The notes: generated from the sequence alone by a model not told the origin. Shown: positions 31,992 through 44,099, counted from the first letter of the stretch. The stretch is DNA of 64,000 nt from Candidatus Sumerlaeaceae bacterium (GCA_051003195.1 JBPCLP010000008.1:160001-224000), one strand, 5' to 3'. Made by a program: numbers and translations.

Positions 31992-34088
31992 TCACGGAGC
32001 AGTAGTGATGCCTGCGGCCGCCGCCGTTTGTGTGGTCATGCTGGTCGAAGCGGTGGTCTCAAGCACAGCCGCGCCCGCGATTGTCACCGTAGTGTTGGCC
32101 GAAAGCGCAGTCGTCATTCCAGGCACTGCGGATGTCGTCCCCTCGATTCCTGCGACAGCTCCCGTGGTAGTACCATCACGAGGAGCGCCGCCTACCTCCA
32201 CGATCCATTTGTTTACCTCAGGATCTTTTCCGCCGAGGTCGAGGTACTTTTCATAATTCCGCAAAGCCTGGGTCGGAAGCTTGAGATTGTTGTGATAAAG
32301 AATACCCAGGCTCAGGTAAAAATCCGCTCTGCGCGAGTCTGCGGCGATTGCCTGCTTATAGTACTGTTCCGCCTGTTTGAAAAACCCCACTTTGGTCTGC
32401 TGGTCCGTGGCATCGGCGCCAAGCCGACGCTTCACATCTCCGAGCCGGTTGAGCGCATTGCCAAAGTTCGGCACCATTTCGAGGGCCTTCTGCAGCCGGG
32501 TTTCCGCCTGCCGCGGGCTCTCCTGCGAAAGATCGATCGCGCCGAGTTCCGTCTGCCCTTCTGCCATCAATTGCCGGTAATGGAATGAAAGCTGACCGCT
32601 TCGTTCCAAATGCTGGACGACGTTTAGAAACCACTGTTTGGCGGCGTCGGGCTGCTTCTGCGCCTCCAGGACTTTACCCATCTGGATGTGGGCCTCTATC
32701 GCGTCCGGCTTTATGGAGAGCACCTTCAGCAGGTTATCTCGTGCGGCATCATACTGCTCCTGCCGATAAGCCAATTGAGCGGCGAGCAGGAACGCGCGCC
32801 ACCGGTTCGGCTCCAGCTGTTGCGCGGCATCCAGACTTTGCTTCGCTTTGTCGTATTCCGCCAGAATAATATAAACTTCCGCGCGATCCGCCCACGCGTC
32901 GTAGTTGTACGGGTCGTTCTTCAGCTCGAGTTCAATGTGCTTGATTGCATTGTCGTAGTCCTTTGCGTCCATGTTTGCACGCGCGAGGTAATGCTCTGCT
33001 TTTGGGTATGCCGCATCCATCGACAGGCACTTGGTGAGCATCGAAATCGCGTTCTCAGTTTTGCCGGTATCCTTATAGATTCGTCCGAGCAGAAACAGCG
33101 CGTCTTTATTGTCCGGGTTAAGTTTCAATGCTTCGTTCAGATTATCGATCGTCTTCTGAATGTCCGTGCCGACGTTCTTTTCGCTCATTTTGATGTAAGA
33201 TTCCACCAGCCGGTCCAGGGCATCCGAGTATTGCGGATACTTGCCGCGCGCACTCAGCGCCTGCGCGTAATTGGCCGACGCCTTGTCGTAGTCACCGCGC
33301 TGGTAGTAGCGCTTGGCGATGAGATAGTGATACCGCACCGATTCTTCCTCGGTGAGCTGCTCCTCTCCATATTGCAGCCCTTTAAGAATCAGGTCGATGC
33401 CTTTCTCTTCGGTAACCGAGCTGCGCAGATACAGTTCGCCGAGCATCAGGTGCGCTTTAGAATAGGCCGGGTACGCTTCAATTGCAGCTTCCAGCTGCCG
33501 CTGCATCTCGACTTCGCTGACGGAATCGCGCGCAACCATCGCGCGTTTGAAGTGAATGTCCGCGAGCAGCATGCGCGCGGCTGAAGTAGATGGATCAGTC
33601 GGCGTCATAGTGGTCAGCAGGGATTCGAGGACGCGTTGCGCATTCTCGAACTGGCCAGCAGCCGCGAACGCCTGCGCCTGTGCAAATTGGGTACCTGCGC
33701 TGTTTGCCTGGCTCTGTTGCTGAAGTTGTGCGATCTGCATGAGCCTGGCACGCAACCGAGTCTCCGCCTGTCCGCCGGACACGGCACGTTGTAATGCCGC
33801 CTGGTAGTTCTTTGACGCAGTCACGTAGTCGCGCCGCGCGAGTGCAACGTCACCGTCGACCTCCTCCGCCGTCGTCTCCGTCGAGAGCAGTTCGCGTACA
33901 TCGGCGCGGGGAACACGCACCACGCCAATTTCCGTTTTGATCGCATACTCGGTCGCGGTCTGCTGGGTGATGGCGCCGTTCAGCGTCTGCCCATTGTTTC
34001 GCACAATGCGGTCGGCCCATCCAAGTGCGGCAAACAGCACAAAGGTGGCCACAGACAAACTGCGCCAGCACAACCGGAGTCGATTCAT
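31992..34088 (-). CDS. Secreted tetratricopeptide repeat protein with Thr-rich C-terminal tail
   Basis: Signal peptide, many TPR units (e.g. ALKLNPDNKDALFLLG), low-complexity T/A tail. Confidence 0.9.
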   Translation of the reverse strand: MNRLRLCWRSLSVATFVLFAALGWADRIVRNNGQTLNGAITQQTATEYAIKTEIGVVRVPRADVRELLSTETTAEEVDGDVALARRDYVTASKNYQAALQRAVSGGQAETRLRARLMQIAQLQQQSQANSAGTQFAQAQAFAAAGQFENAQRVLESLLTTMTPTDPSTSAARMLLADIHFKRAMVARDSVSEVEMQRQLEAAIEAYPAYSKAHLMLGELYLRSSVTEEKGIDLILKGLQYGEEQLTEEESVRYHYLIAKRYYQRGDYDKASANYAQALSARGKYPQYSDALDRLVESYIKMSEKNVGTDIQKTIDNLNEALKLNPDNKDALFLLGRIYKDTGKTENAISMLTKCLSMDAAYPKAEHYLARANMDAKDYDNAIKHIELELKNDPYNYDAWADRAEVYIILAEYDKAKQSLDAAQQLEPNRWRAFLLAAQLAYRQEQYDAARDNLLKVLSIKPDAIEAHIQMGKVLEAQKQPDAAKQWFLNVVQHLERSGQLSFHYRQLMAEGQTELGAIDLSQESPRQAETRLQKALEMVPNFGNALNRLGDVKRRLGADATDQQTKVGFFKQAEQYYKQAIAADSRRADFYLSLGILYHNNLKLPTQALRNYEKYLDLGGKDPEVNKWIVEVGGAPRDGTTTGAVAGIEGTTSAVPGMTTALSANTTVTIAGAAVLETTASTSMTTQTAAAAGITTAP

Positions 34089-34369
34089 AGTCGCGAGCTC
34101 CTCAATAACGGAAAAGCGGAATGCCGGGCCACTTTTTGCCTACCAGCCAAGCCTCCATTGAATCATACGCAGTGAGCGCAAACCCTGTGAGTGCAATCAT
34201 AAAGAGAGCCAGCCGCGGGACGTGAAGCTCGCGACTATTTTATGGCCGCTTCACGGATAACAGCAATGGAAGCGTCTGCCAGACTGGCCTGCAAATTGCT
34301 CCCTGGTAGACGTTCGCGGAGTAGTTTAGCTCCTGCCACAAAGCAGCACGCGCGGGAAGGGAACATGCC

Positions 34370-35050
34370 ATGCAACCCGACGAAAAATCAGAGCCAACCA
34401 TGAATGAAGCAGCGCAGCGCGCGGCAGAAGCGGCTCGAAAGGCGCGCGAGTATGCGCAAAAGGTTGTCGCTGAGCAGAAGGGTCGCGCGGCGACCGGCTT
34501 GGGCCAGTTCGGATCTGCGATACGCGATACTGCCAGTCGGATGCGCGACGAGCGGGACCTGACCATCGCCGGCTACGCTGAAGCCGCTGCCGCCCAGATC
34601 GAAAAGGCGGCCGGCTACTTCGACCAGCGCGACCTCAATACGATGCTGACAGACGCACAGCGCTTTGCCCGCCGCAGGCCGGAACTTGTGGTGGGAGGTA
34701 TGTTCGTAGCTGGAGTTGCCATTGCCCGGTTCCTCAAAGCAAGCGGCCCCAACAGCGCACAACTTTTGAAGTTCGCGGGCACCAAAGAAGATACATACGT
34801 ACCGCAGAGCATGCGGAAACAGCCAGCTGTTGGCATGCCTGCCGGTGGAAATGATTCCGCCGGACGACGAACGCCAATTTCCGGCTCCTTCAGCAGCCCT
34901 CGCGCATACAGCGCATTTGGACCGGATGGCGCCAACTCACCTTCGCATCCAATTGAGGCGGCCGGGGCCGACTTGTCGGGAGAAGCCCCGCCGTCCACGC
35001 CGCAGTGGGGTGATCCAGATGGGCCAGGCTCAAACCCGGAGGCACTGTGA
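34370..35050 (+). CDS. Hypothetical general-stress protein (ElaB/YqjD-like helical region)
   Basis: FARRRPELVVGGMFVAGVAIARFLKAS pattern; first gene of a three-gene operon. Confidence 0.7.
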   Translation: MQPDEKSEPTMNEAAQRAAEAARKAREYAQKVVAEQKGRAATGLGQFGSAIRDTASRMRDERDLTIAGYAEAAAAQIEKAAGYFDQRDLNTMLTDAQRFARRRPELVVGGMFVAGVAIARFLKASGPNSAQLLKFAGTKEDTYVPQSMRKQPAVGMPAGGNDSAGRRTPISGSFSSPRAYSAFGPDGANSPSHPIEAAGADLSGEAPPSTPQWGDPDGPGSNPEAL

Positions 35051-35475
35051 TGCATGACCCAGAGATAAACACCGACTATACCAGCATCCCGTCGCTGCTG
35101 CGTGATTTACGCGACCAGGCGACTACACTTCTGCGCCAGGAAGTCGCGCTGGCGCGTGCGGAAATTACGGAGAAAACCGATCGAGCCGCTCGCAATTTCG
35201 GCATACTGATGCTGGGGGCCCTGACAGCGTTCGCCGGCTTTGTCATTCTGCTGATGGCTGCCGTGGCGGGAATCGCAATCGGCCTTGGAAAAATTGGCCA
35301 GGCGCACAACGCACCATGGCTCGCGCCGCTCATTGTCGGCGGGCTTGTCACACTCATCGGGATTGCCTTTGTGCAGAAGGCAAAGATCAGCCTGAAACGA
35401 ACCACTGTTGTGCCGGAACAGACGGTGCGCACTATGAAGGAGAACCAGCAATGGATCGCAAGCAAAGTGAGCTGA
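35047..35475 (+). CDS. Phage-holin-family (DUF1469-like) membrane protein
   Basis: LLRQEVALARAE, two TM helices, PEQTVRTMKEN. Confidence 0.85.
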   Translation: MMHDPEINTDYTSIPSLLRDLRDQATTLLRQEVALARAEITEKTDRAARNFGILMLGALTAFAGFVILLMAAVAGIAIGLGKIGQAHNAPWLAPLIVGGLVTLIGIAFVQKAKISLKRTTVVPEQTVRTMKENQQWIASKVS

Positions 35476-36257
35476 TTGAGGGCGAAGTCGTGCTGACAAA
35501 TGACGAGTTCAAAGTGTCACCTCCTCCCGTAGCGCGTACGGCCGACCGCGTGGATCTAAGAAATTCGACTCCCGATGCGATCCGCGCGGAGATTGAACGC
35601 ACTCGCGCGGCAATGGATAATACTATCGACCGGCTGAACACGCGCCTCAAACCTCGCCATCTCATTGACGACGTGCTCAAATATTTCCACGATAGTAGCG
35701 GCACGCAAGCAGAGGGATCCGCACAACGCACGCTGCGAGATGCGGGACAAATGGCGGCCGGGAAACTGAAACGAAACCCGGTGCCGGCGACCCTCATCGG
35801 ATCAGGTCTCGCATGGCTGCTGTTCCAGAACAGCGGCGGTGCCGGGCGCAACGCGCGTCCGTCCTATGATTCATACATCGAAGACAAAGAGGACGCCGCC
35901 GGATTTGATGCTGCACGTGCGGCAGGAGACCTAACCGCAAACGCGCATGCAGATGTACGCGACAACGTGCACGAGATCGCAAACCAGGCGTCACAGAAGG
36001 TCGACAGTGTGACCAATGCGCTGGGCAATCTGCTCGATTCAGCGCCACTCGCTTTTGGCGTCGGCGCGCTGGCAGCGGGACTGCTCGCCGGCCTCGTGAT
36101 TCCAGGCACGAAGGCTGAGGACGAGTTGATGGGTGAAGCCTCAGATACAATCAAAGGCGCGGCTTTGGAAGCCGGCTCTGCACTGGCGGGTACATCGTAT
36201 GAGGAGGCCGGCGCATCTTCGCAGACGAGCAAAATCGATCGAATGTGGGATCGCTAA
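35451..36257 (+). CDS. DUF3618 domain protein
   Basis: IRAEIERTRAAMDNTIDRL..RL.P, NPVPATLIGSGLAWL, EDELMGEASD. Confidence 0.85.
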   Translation: MDRKQSELIEGEVVLTNDEFKVSPPPVARTADRVDLRNSTPDAIRAEIERTRAAMDNTIDRLNTRLKPRHLIDDVLKYFHDSSGTQAEGSAQRTLRDAGQMAAGKLKRNPVPATLIGSGLAWLLFQNSGGAGRNARPSYDSYIEDKEDAAGFDAARAAGDLTANAHADVRDNVHEIANQASQKVDSVTNALGNLLDSAPLAFGVGALAAGLLAGLVIPGTKAEDELMGEASDTIKGAALEAGSALAGTSYEEAGASSQTSKIDRMWDR

Positions 36258-36298
36258 GTTCGCCAACCCGCTGGCTAACCGTTTCGCCCCGCGGTACT

Positions 36299-37003
36299 TT
36301 ATCTAGCCGCGCCGGCTTGCAACCAACCACGGATTTTTGCAGGTGTGACGTTCTCCAGGCTTTCCAGCACGTAGTCGGCATGATGCGCGAGTTGATCGGA
36401 CGCGAAAGTATTGCTGATTCCAACAGCCACCATGCCGGCAGCCCGTGCAGCTATCAGTCCGTTAATTGAATCTTCAAAAACAATACAGCGGTTTGGCGAA
36501 ACTCCAATGCAGTGCGCCGCGGTAAGGAAAATTTCCGGATCGGGTTTGCCACGCTGGAAATCTTCGCCGCTGACGATGTGCTGAAAGAATGGTCTGAGGC
36601 CGGAGCTTTCGAGATTGAAGTCAATTTTGTCGCGTGCTGCTGAGGAGGCCAGGGCAATTGGAACCTGTGCATCGGCCAGACTGCGTATCAGCTCCAGCGC
36701 ACCGGGAAATACCCGCATTCCATGTCCGCGGGCAGCGGCCTCAAAGTAGAGGTCCCGCTTTCGTGCGGAAAAGCGCTCGAAGTCGAGCTTTATGCCTGGT
36801 CGCATTTCCATATCGCGCAGGATATCCGCGTCGGTCAGTCCGCAGTATCGCGCCGCATCTGCGGGATCTACTTCGACGTCCTGCTCCTGAAGGGCCGTCC
36901 GGTACGCGCTTTCGCTGAACGCTTCTGTGTCGACCAGTACGCCATCGTTATCAAATACGACGCCGATGGGGGCTGAAGGCTCAAAAACGTTATCTGGACT
37001 CAC
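36299..37003 (-). CDS. HAD family phosphatase (beta-phosphoglucomutase-like)
   Basis: FDNDGVLVDT, LASS, GKPDPEIF, FEDSING. Confidence 0.92.
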   Translation of the reverse strand: MSPDNVFEPSAPIGVVFDNDGVLVDTEAFSESAYRTALQEQDVEVDPADAARYCGLTDADILRDMEMRPGIKLDFERFSARKRDLYFEAAARGHGMRVFPGALELIRSLADAQVPIALASSAARDKIDFNLESSGLRPFFQHIVSGEDFQRGKPDPEIFLTAAHCIGVSPNRCIVFEDSINGLIAARAAGMVAVGISNTFASDQLAHHADYVLESLENVTPAKIRGWLQAGAAR

Positions 37004-37061
37004 GGAGGCACACCTACAGATTGGAGCTCGGTTGAATGCAACGCCCCATCGTGTTACTCGC

Positions 37062-37095
37062 AAAAAACGTCCGCCGCGGAAGCGCAGCGGACGTT
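37062..37095 (-). terminator. Intrinsic terminator after the Spy-like gene
   Basis: aacgtccgc...gcggacgtt stem followed by a T-run on the minus strand. Confidence 0.65.
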
Positions 37096-37127
37096 GGTGA
37101 TCCCTGGTTCGAAGCAGTTAAAAGACG

Positions 37128-37943
37128 CTAGTTGTCCATGAGTTGCTGAAGCTCGCCCGCTACTTGTGCGAGGTCGTCATTGCCGCGCTGCTCGTCATCG
37201 CCATCGACGCGACGACCAGCGCCCGGGCGGTGCGGGCCGCCCGGACCCCGGCCTGGGCCACGCCCAGTTCCGGCGTCCTTCATTTTCTCCATCCGTTCCT
37301 TAAGCGTGGCCTTCTGTTCATCGGTAAGCGTTGAATCCAGCTCAGCCTTCACCTGCTTTTTCAGTTCTTCCATCTTCGGCTTCAGCTCAGCCTGGATTGC
37401 TTCGCGCTGCTTGTTCACACGCTCCTGCAATTCCTTCAACTTGCCACGCTGCTCGTCGGTCAGATCGTCCAGCGAACCAAGCGCGGCACGCAAGGCGATC
37501 TCCTGGCCCGCGTCGTGGATCCGTTCACGTATTTCAGGACCATGCTGACGCGCAAACCCACCCACGGCTCCGCCGATGTTCTCTTTCACTTTCTTAAGCT
37601 TCCCCTTTTGCTCGGCATTAAGCACCGCAGCAATGTCTTCTTTGGATTTCTCAAGCACGGCCTTCGTGCCTTCTGCGGTTTTGCGAAGTTCCTTCCGGGT
37701 GTTCTCGAGAATGGGCGCAATCTTCTCCTTCTGCTCATCCGTGAGGTCGAGCCGGTTGGAGAGCATCTCGAGCATCGCGGTAGTCGGGCGATCCCCCGCG
37801 AGTGGACCTGTCCGCCGTCCAAATTGCCGATCAGCACCACCCGGCCCTGGGCCCGGACCGGCGGTGACAGTGACCGCAACGGTGAGTGCAAATGCTGCTG
37901 TAAGCGCGAGTATTGGAAGGGAAGCAGTGATTTTGCGTTTCAT
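37128..37943 (-). CDS. Secreted Spy/CpxP-like LTxxQ-repeat protein
   Basis: Signal peptide; LTDEQ/LNAEQ motifs x4; G/P/R-rich flanks. Confidence 0.75.
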   Translation of the reverse strand: MKRKITASLPILALTAAFALTVAVTVTAGPGPGPGGADRQFGRRTGPLAGDRPTTAMLEMLSNRLDLTDEQKEKIAPILENTRKELRKTAEGTKAVLEKSKEDIAAVLNAEQKGKLKKVKENIGGAVGGFARQHGPEIRERIHDAGQEIALRAALGSLDDLTDEQRGKLKELQERVNKQREAIQAELKPKMEELKKQVKAELDSTLTDEQKATLKERMEKMKDAGTGRGPGRGPGGPHRPGAGRRVDGDDEQRGNDDLAQVAGELQQLMDN

Positions 37944-38221
37944 CTGCGGAACTCCTTTAGGATTCTGGATTGCCGTTGTCAGGGGCAAGCCGTGTACCGC
38001 GCACCGTCATCACCGTGTGTACGCAACTACATGCCGAATGTTAAAGGAGTTGCGTGGGACCTGTACCAAAACGTGCGCGTGATCAGCCGTTCCGAATGGT
38101 GCGATTGGTACGCACGCAGCGCACGTTTTGCGCGATAAGAGCTACAGATGTCGGGTGAGTTCGTGGACTGCGCCGGCTCATGCCGAGGCCCCCGGATCAA
38201 AGCCCGTCTACTGCCAACGGA

Positions 38222-38830
38222 TCAGCTTTCGGTGCGGTCGATCCACTTGGGCACGTTGGGTGGCACGTAGCTGCTGAGACGTGTGAGCAGCTCAGCCGGT
38301 GTTTGTGCGACCAGAATCATGTCGCGATGCTCCACCCGAACGAATCGTTGCGTAACGGCGTGACCCAGCAGAGCAATCAGTCCGTCGTAGTAACCAAGTA
38401 CGTTCAAGAGAGCACACGGTTTTGTATGCAGTCCGAGTTGCGCCCAGGTCAACACCTCGAGGAACTCTTCCAGGGTGCCGCAACCGCCGGGCATGGCGAC
38501 AAAACCATCGGCAAGTTCCACCATTAGCGCCTTGCGCTCGTGCATGGAATGCACCACCCGCAGATCGCTGAGCCCCTGGTGGGCCACTTCCCTGGCGACC
38601 AGCGCTTCCGGGATAACGCCGATGACATGTCCACCGGAATCCAGTACGGCGTCCGCCAGCGCACCCATCAGCCCCACACGCCCACCCCCGTAAACGAGCG
38701 TAATCTGATGCCCCGCCAGAAACTGACCGAGCTCGCCGGCTGCTGAAACATAGGCCGGATCGCCTCCCGGGCTCGAACCGCAGAAGACGCACAGGCTTTT
38801 GATGGATACGGTAGCTTTGCTGCTCTCCAT
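38222..38830 (-). CDS. LOG family nucleotide phosphoribohydrolase (TIGR00730)
   Basis: CVFCGSSPG, YGGGRVGLMG, MHERK, PGGCGTLEE. Confidence 0.95.
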   Translation of the reverse strand: MESSKATVSIKSLCVFCGSSPGGDPAYVSAAGELGQFLAGHQITLVYGGGRVGLMGALADAVLDSGGHVIGVIPEALVAREVAHQGLSDLRVVHSMHERKALMVELADGFVAMPGGCGTLEEFLEVLTWAQLGLHTKPCALLNVLGYYDGLIALLGHAVTQRFVRVEHRDMILVAQTPAELLTRLSSYVPPNVPKWIDRTES

Positions 38831-38904
38831 AAATTGCTCGATACTCGATGCGACGATGTTATCCAGGGCAAATGCTTTCGAGCAGAAATAGCATCTTGCG
38901 CGCA

Positions 38905-40374
38905 ATGATCACTCGCTGGGGCGGAATTGGCGCCGCCATTATTATCGCCAGCTTGTCGCTGGTGCTCTACCTTCCAGGGGCGCTACATTTCTACTTCCAG
39001 AACGACGACTGGGTTTTGCTCGGGTACTTTGGCCGTTGGCGTGGCCGCGATTTCTGGCGCATATTCCTGCCGTGGGAATCGATCTGGATGTACCGCCCGC
39101 TACAGGTGCTCGAGTATGCCGCGTTCTACAAACTGTTTGGACTTCACCCATTTGCGTATAACCTGAGTCTGTTGCTGATGCATGTAGTTGCGGCGGTGCT
39201 CGCGTATGTGCTTCTTCGAATGTTGGCGGGCGGACGCACTGCATTACTGGCGCTCGCAATTTTTTGCCTCACATGGGTGCACGGGGAGGTGCTGCTGTGG
39301 AAGGGGAACGTCAACACGTTGCAGCATGCCTGCCTGGCGCTGGCTGCGTGCGTGTGTTTCCTGCGCTCGTCGCGTTCGGACGCGCGACGCTGGCTTGTCG
39401 CATCTGCCGGGTTCATGCTATTGGATCTGTTTGCGAAGGAGTCGGCCGTGTTCACTCCCGCGCTTATGCTTTTGTGCGCGTGGTACGCGCGGTGCGATCG
39501 AGGTGCGATTAACGCTGGACCACGCCGGCTGCTGATGTTAATCCTCCCATCAGTAATTCTGTGCGTGGTTTATGCCGCCGTGCGCGCATTCGCGTTTCGG
39601 CATTTGCTCCCAGAGCAACCAACCGATTACGTATTTGTCGGGCTGCAGCGCGGCATCTTTCAGTTCCTGTATTCATACAAGTTCGCGCTGCTGTCCTTTT
39701 ACGAGGATCCGCTGCTGCTTCCGCGCGTGCCAGGTGTCCAGGCAGTGCTTGGCGCCATCTGGGGACCACTTGTCATTCTGCCCGCTTTGCTGCTGCTGCT
39801 GGCGGTGCGGCTGCGTGACCGTCTACTGCTGTTCGCGCTGGCATGGATGCCGATCGCATTTGGTCCGTCGCTGTTTCTCGAGCGTTTCAATTTAGGGCGA
39901 TACTACTACTTGTCCGATATCGGCGCCGCGCTGATATGGGCACGCCTGCTCCTGCTCGCGACGGAAGCTGTTCGTCGAATACAGATCTCCAGCGTACGTC
40001 GAGCCGCATATTTTACGGGCACGCTGGCATTGGCCTATCTTGCCCTCGCAAACATTGCGACAATCCGCAAGCAGGTTACCGAACAGGAGCGCGACAGCGC
40101 CACGACGCGCCGGCTGTTTCGCTTCGTTGAGCAGCACCGGGCCGAAATACCGCCACGTTCCGTCGTCTGGATTTATCCGCCGGCCCATACTCATACCGGG
40201 GTTGAATGGGGCGCGCGGGAGATGATCCAGTTCGCGAGTGGCGACACGACGCTCGAAGGACATGTGGAGGGTGAGCCGCTGACGATGGCCAGGCGCGCGA
40301 AGCTTGATGGCTATGGTGTTGTTTCAATCGATATGCGGCAGGAGCCGTGGCGGCTTGCCCGCGATTTAAATTAG
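38905..40374 (+). CDS. Multi-pass membrane protein, putative GT-C (PMT/ArnT-like) glycosyltransferase
   Basis: TM1 followed by NDDW, YRPL, LFGLHP..YNL, KES, RYYY. Confidence 0.7.
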   Translation: MITRWGGIGAAIIIASLSLVLYLPGALHFYFQNDDWVLLGYFGRWRGRDFWRIFLPWESIWMYRPLQVLEYAAFYKLFGLHPFAYNLSLLLMHVVAAVLAYVLLRMLAGGRTALLALAIFCLTWVHGEVLLWKGNVNTLQHACLALAACVCFLRSSRSDARRWLVASAGFMLLDLFAKESAVFTPALMLLCAWYARCDRGAINAGPRRLLMLILPSVILCVVYAAVRAFAFRHLLPEQPTDYVFVGLQRGIFQFLYSYKFALLSFYEDPLLLPRVPGVQAVLGAIWGPLVILPALLLLLAVRLRDRLLLFALAWMPIAFGPSLFLERFNLGRYYYLSDIGAALIWARLLLLATEAVRRIQISSVRRAAYFTGTLALAYLALANIATIRKQVTEQERDSATTRRLFRFVEQHRAEIPPRSVVWIYPPAHTHTGVEWGAREMIQFASGDTTLEGHVEGEPLTMARRAKLDGYGVVSIDMRQEPWRLARDLN

Positions 40375-40566
40375 TTTCGCCAGGGATTCGCGGTGGGACT
40401 GAAACACGTGGCGAACGGCTTGCATGTCTATTGCTTCGACCTTGCCGCGAAACCCCTGTTTTGCATAGCCGTAGCGTGCGACCGCCGGTGTTCGGGTCAA
40501 GGGAGTTGCTTCATGCGCGGGCGAAAACCCTTGCCGCTGTTTGCCACTTGTTCTTGAGGCAGTGCG

Positions 40567-42063
40567 ATGACGCGCACAGGCCAGACAAAACAGATAATTC
40601 TCGGGTCAGCGGCGCTTTCGATCAGCCGCTTTTGGCCAGCTTTCGCCGCTCTGTTCTGTGTCGCATGCACTCTGCTCTACCTGGTCGACATCCGCGGCTT
40701 TTTTGCCAGTGATGACTGGGTGTTGCTTGGCTATTATTCCGAGATAAACCCACTCAAATTCTGGGAGTACTTTTCGTTGCACGCAGTGTGGTTCTACAGA
40801 CCCACGCAAAGCCTGCAGTTCGGCTGGTTTTATCATCTGTTTGGCCTGAATCCAGTGCCTTATAATCTAGCGCTGCTGATCCTGCATCTTACTAGTTGTT
40901 TTATCGCCTGGAAACTACTGCGGGCCATTGGTGCGGGGACCGGCGTTGCAACCGTTGCACTGGTTCTGTTTTCCTCCAGTTGGGTCTATGTCGACGTCCT
41001 GATATGGAAGGCCAACTTCAACACGCTGCATTGGGCGATCGGTACACTTCTGACCTGCTTGTGTGTTGCGCGCAGCTGCACGAGCGGTGCATGGAGATGG
41101 AAGGCATTGGCGATAGGTGCAGCCGTGGCGACTTGTTTTACCAAAGAAATGGTGCTGAACCTGCCGCTGCTCGTGGCGATTACGTACCTGTGTTGCACCC
41201 CGCGCGCGAAGCTGCGCGCCGTCGCGCGGCAATGGTGGCCTTTTGCCGCCATTGCCTGTGTGTATTTAGCCTGCCACCTGCTGTTTTTCAAGGATGTGAA
41301 CACGACGAGCCCGCCCGGTTACCGCTTTGTTCAACCCTGGACAGGAGTGAAGCAGGTGCTGTTCGCGTGTAATCATCAGATGTTCTGGTTTTACACCGAC
41401 CCCTTGTTCCTTCAGTCAATGCCGGGTATTCATGCTGTTGTGAAAGGCATTATTTCCTACGCGCTATTCCTGCCGGTTCTGATCCTCGCCGCAGGGCTGC
41501 TTTTTCGCGACCGACTAATCGTTTTCGGACTCGCGTGGACCATTGCCGCGGGTCTGCCGTCGACGTTTTTGGTTACCTATCACGCCAGCCGTTTTTATTA
41601 CGTGCCGCTGCTGGGCGCATCCCTTGTCATGGCACAACTCCTCGTCAGAGCGCTGTTCGCCGTGCGAAGCTCCGATGCGTTGCTGCGCACCGTAGTTCGA
41701 GTCTCGGCCTTTGCAATTCTCGCATACTATGTTGCAGTCGGCGTCGGCATGACGCAGCTGCTGTTGGATTCGGATAAGCGGCAGTCGAATCGGCTCCGCG
41801 CTTTTTTTGAGCTTCTACGTGCGGAGCGGCATCAGGTGCCCAAGGGCGCACTCATTGTGATGCAGAATCCGCCCACGGACTTTGTAAACGCCAACCTTGG
41901 CTCAACCGAACTCGTAAAATTTGCGCTTCAGGACAAGACGGCGGAGGGAGTTGCGGATAAGACTGTAATTGCGCGTAACGAAGAGGAACGACTCGGCCGA
42001 TTGCCAGTTCGCTATGTGGTCGATTTTAACGAGGCGGACTTGAAACTTCGTCGAATACGCTAG
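40567..42063 (+). CDS. Paralogous multi-pass membrane protein, putative GT-C glycosyltransferase
   Basis: SDDWVLLGY, FYRP, LFGLNP..YNL, TKE, RFYYVP; collinear with the upstream gene. Confidence 0.7.
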   Translation: MTRTGQTKQIILGSAALSISRFWPAFAALFCVACTLLYLVDIRGFFASDDWVLLGYYSEINPLKFWEYFSLHAVWFYRPTQSLQFGWFYHLFGLNPVPYNLALLILHLTSCFIAWKLLRAIGAGTGVATVALVLFSSSWVYVDVLIWKANFNTLHWAIGTLLTCLCVARSCTSGAWRWKALAIGAAVATCFTKEMVLNLPLLVAITYLCCTPRAKLRAVARQWWPFAAIACVYLACHLLFFKDVNTTSPPGYRFVQPWTGVKQVLFACNHQMFWFYTDPLFLQSMPGIHAVVKGIISYALFLPVLILAAGLLFRDRLIVFGLAWTIAAGLPSTFLVTYHASRFYYVPLLGASLVMAQLLVRALFAVRSSDALLRTVVRVSAFAILAYYVAVGVGMTQLLLDSDKRQSNRLRAFFELLRAERHQVPKGALIVMQNPPTDFVNANLGSTELVKFALQDKTAEGVADKTVIARNEEERLGRLPVRYVVDFNEADLKLRRIR

Positions 42064-42242
42064 CCTTCCATAATACTTAAGTTGTTTACATACAAACATA
42101 TACAGCTAACGGCGTGAGGAAGCGAACTCTTCGCTCTCGTGGAAATAACGACGCCAGGTTCGATCCATGGCCGCGCCACTTTGTGCTTTACAGGTGTGAG
42201 GCAGACAACCACTTTTGGCGAGTTTGTGATTTTTTTCACTAG

Positions 42243-43688
<1,446 letters not shown>

Positions 43689-43715
43689 GACGAGTCAGCA
43701 AACAACTGTGTCTAA

Positions 43716-43748
43716 GGCCGGGCAAAAGTCGCCCGGCTTTTTCTTTTG
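43716..43748 (+). terminator. Intrinsic terminator after atpD
   Basis: gccgggc-aaaagtc-gcccggc followed by tttttctttt. Confidence 0.8.
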
Positions 43749-43821
43749 CGAACTGACGGACTGCATTCGGTATTGCCATTCCGAACTGAATACCGGTTTT
43801 GTTGTGAGCATAGGCATTACA

Positions 43822-44094
43822 ATGCACCTTAACGACGACATTCGAACATCCAGCTACCTAAAATTGAAAACTTCGGAGCTGCTAAACCAGGTCAGCAAAA
43901 CACGTCGTCCTGTCGTGATTACGGAAAACGGGAAGCCTAAAGCGGTAATTCAGGATGCTGAGACCTATGAGCAAATGAACACCGCAGTGGCACTGCTAAA
44001 ACTGATTGCACATAGCGAAGCACAAATCGCGCAGGGTAAAGTTCTGTCACAGGACCAGGTATTTAAGCGACTGCGCAAAAAACTTCGAAGCTGA
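43822..44094 (+). CDS. Phd/YefM family antitoxin
   Basis: LKLKTSELLNQV..RRPVVITENGKPKAVIQD. Confidence 0.9.
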   Translation: MHLNDDIRTSSYLKLKTSELLNQVSKTRRPVVITENGKPKAVIQDAETYEQMNTAVALLKLIAHSEAQIAQGKVLSQDQVFKRLRKKLRS

Positions 44095-44099
44095 TTCCA

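Noticed and set aside
35047..35475. 'Phage holin' as evidence of a prophage
   Set aside because: This family occurs with DUF3618 genes in chromosomal stress operons, and no phage genes are nearby
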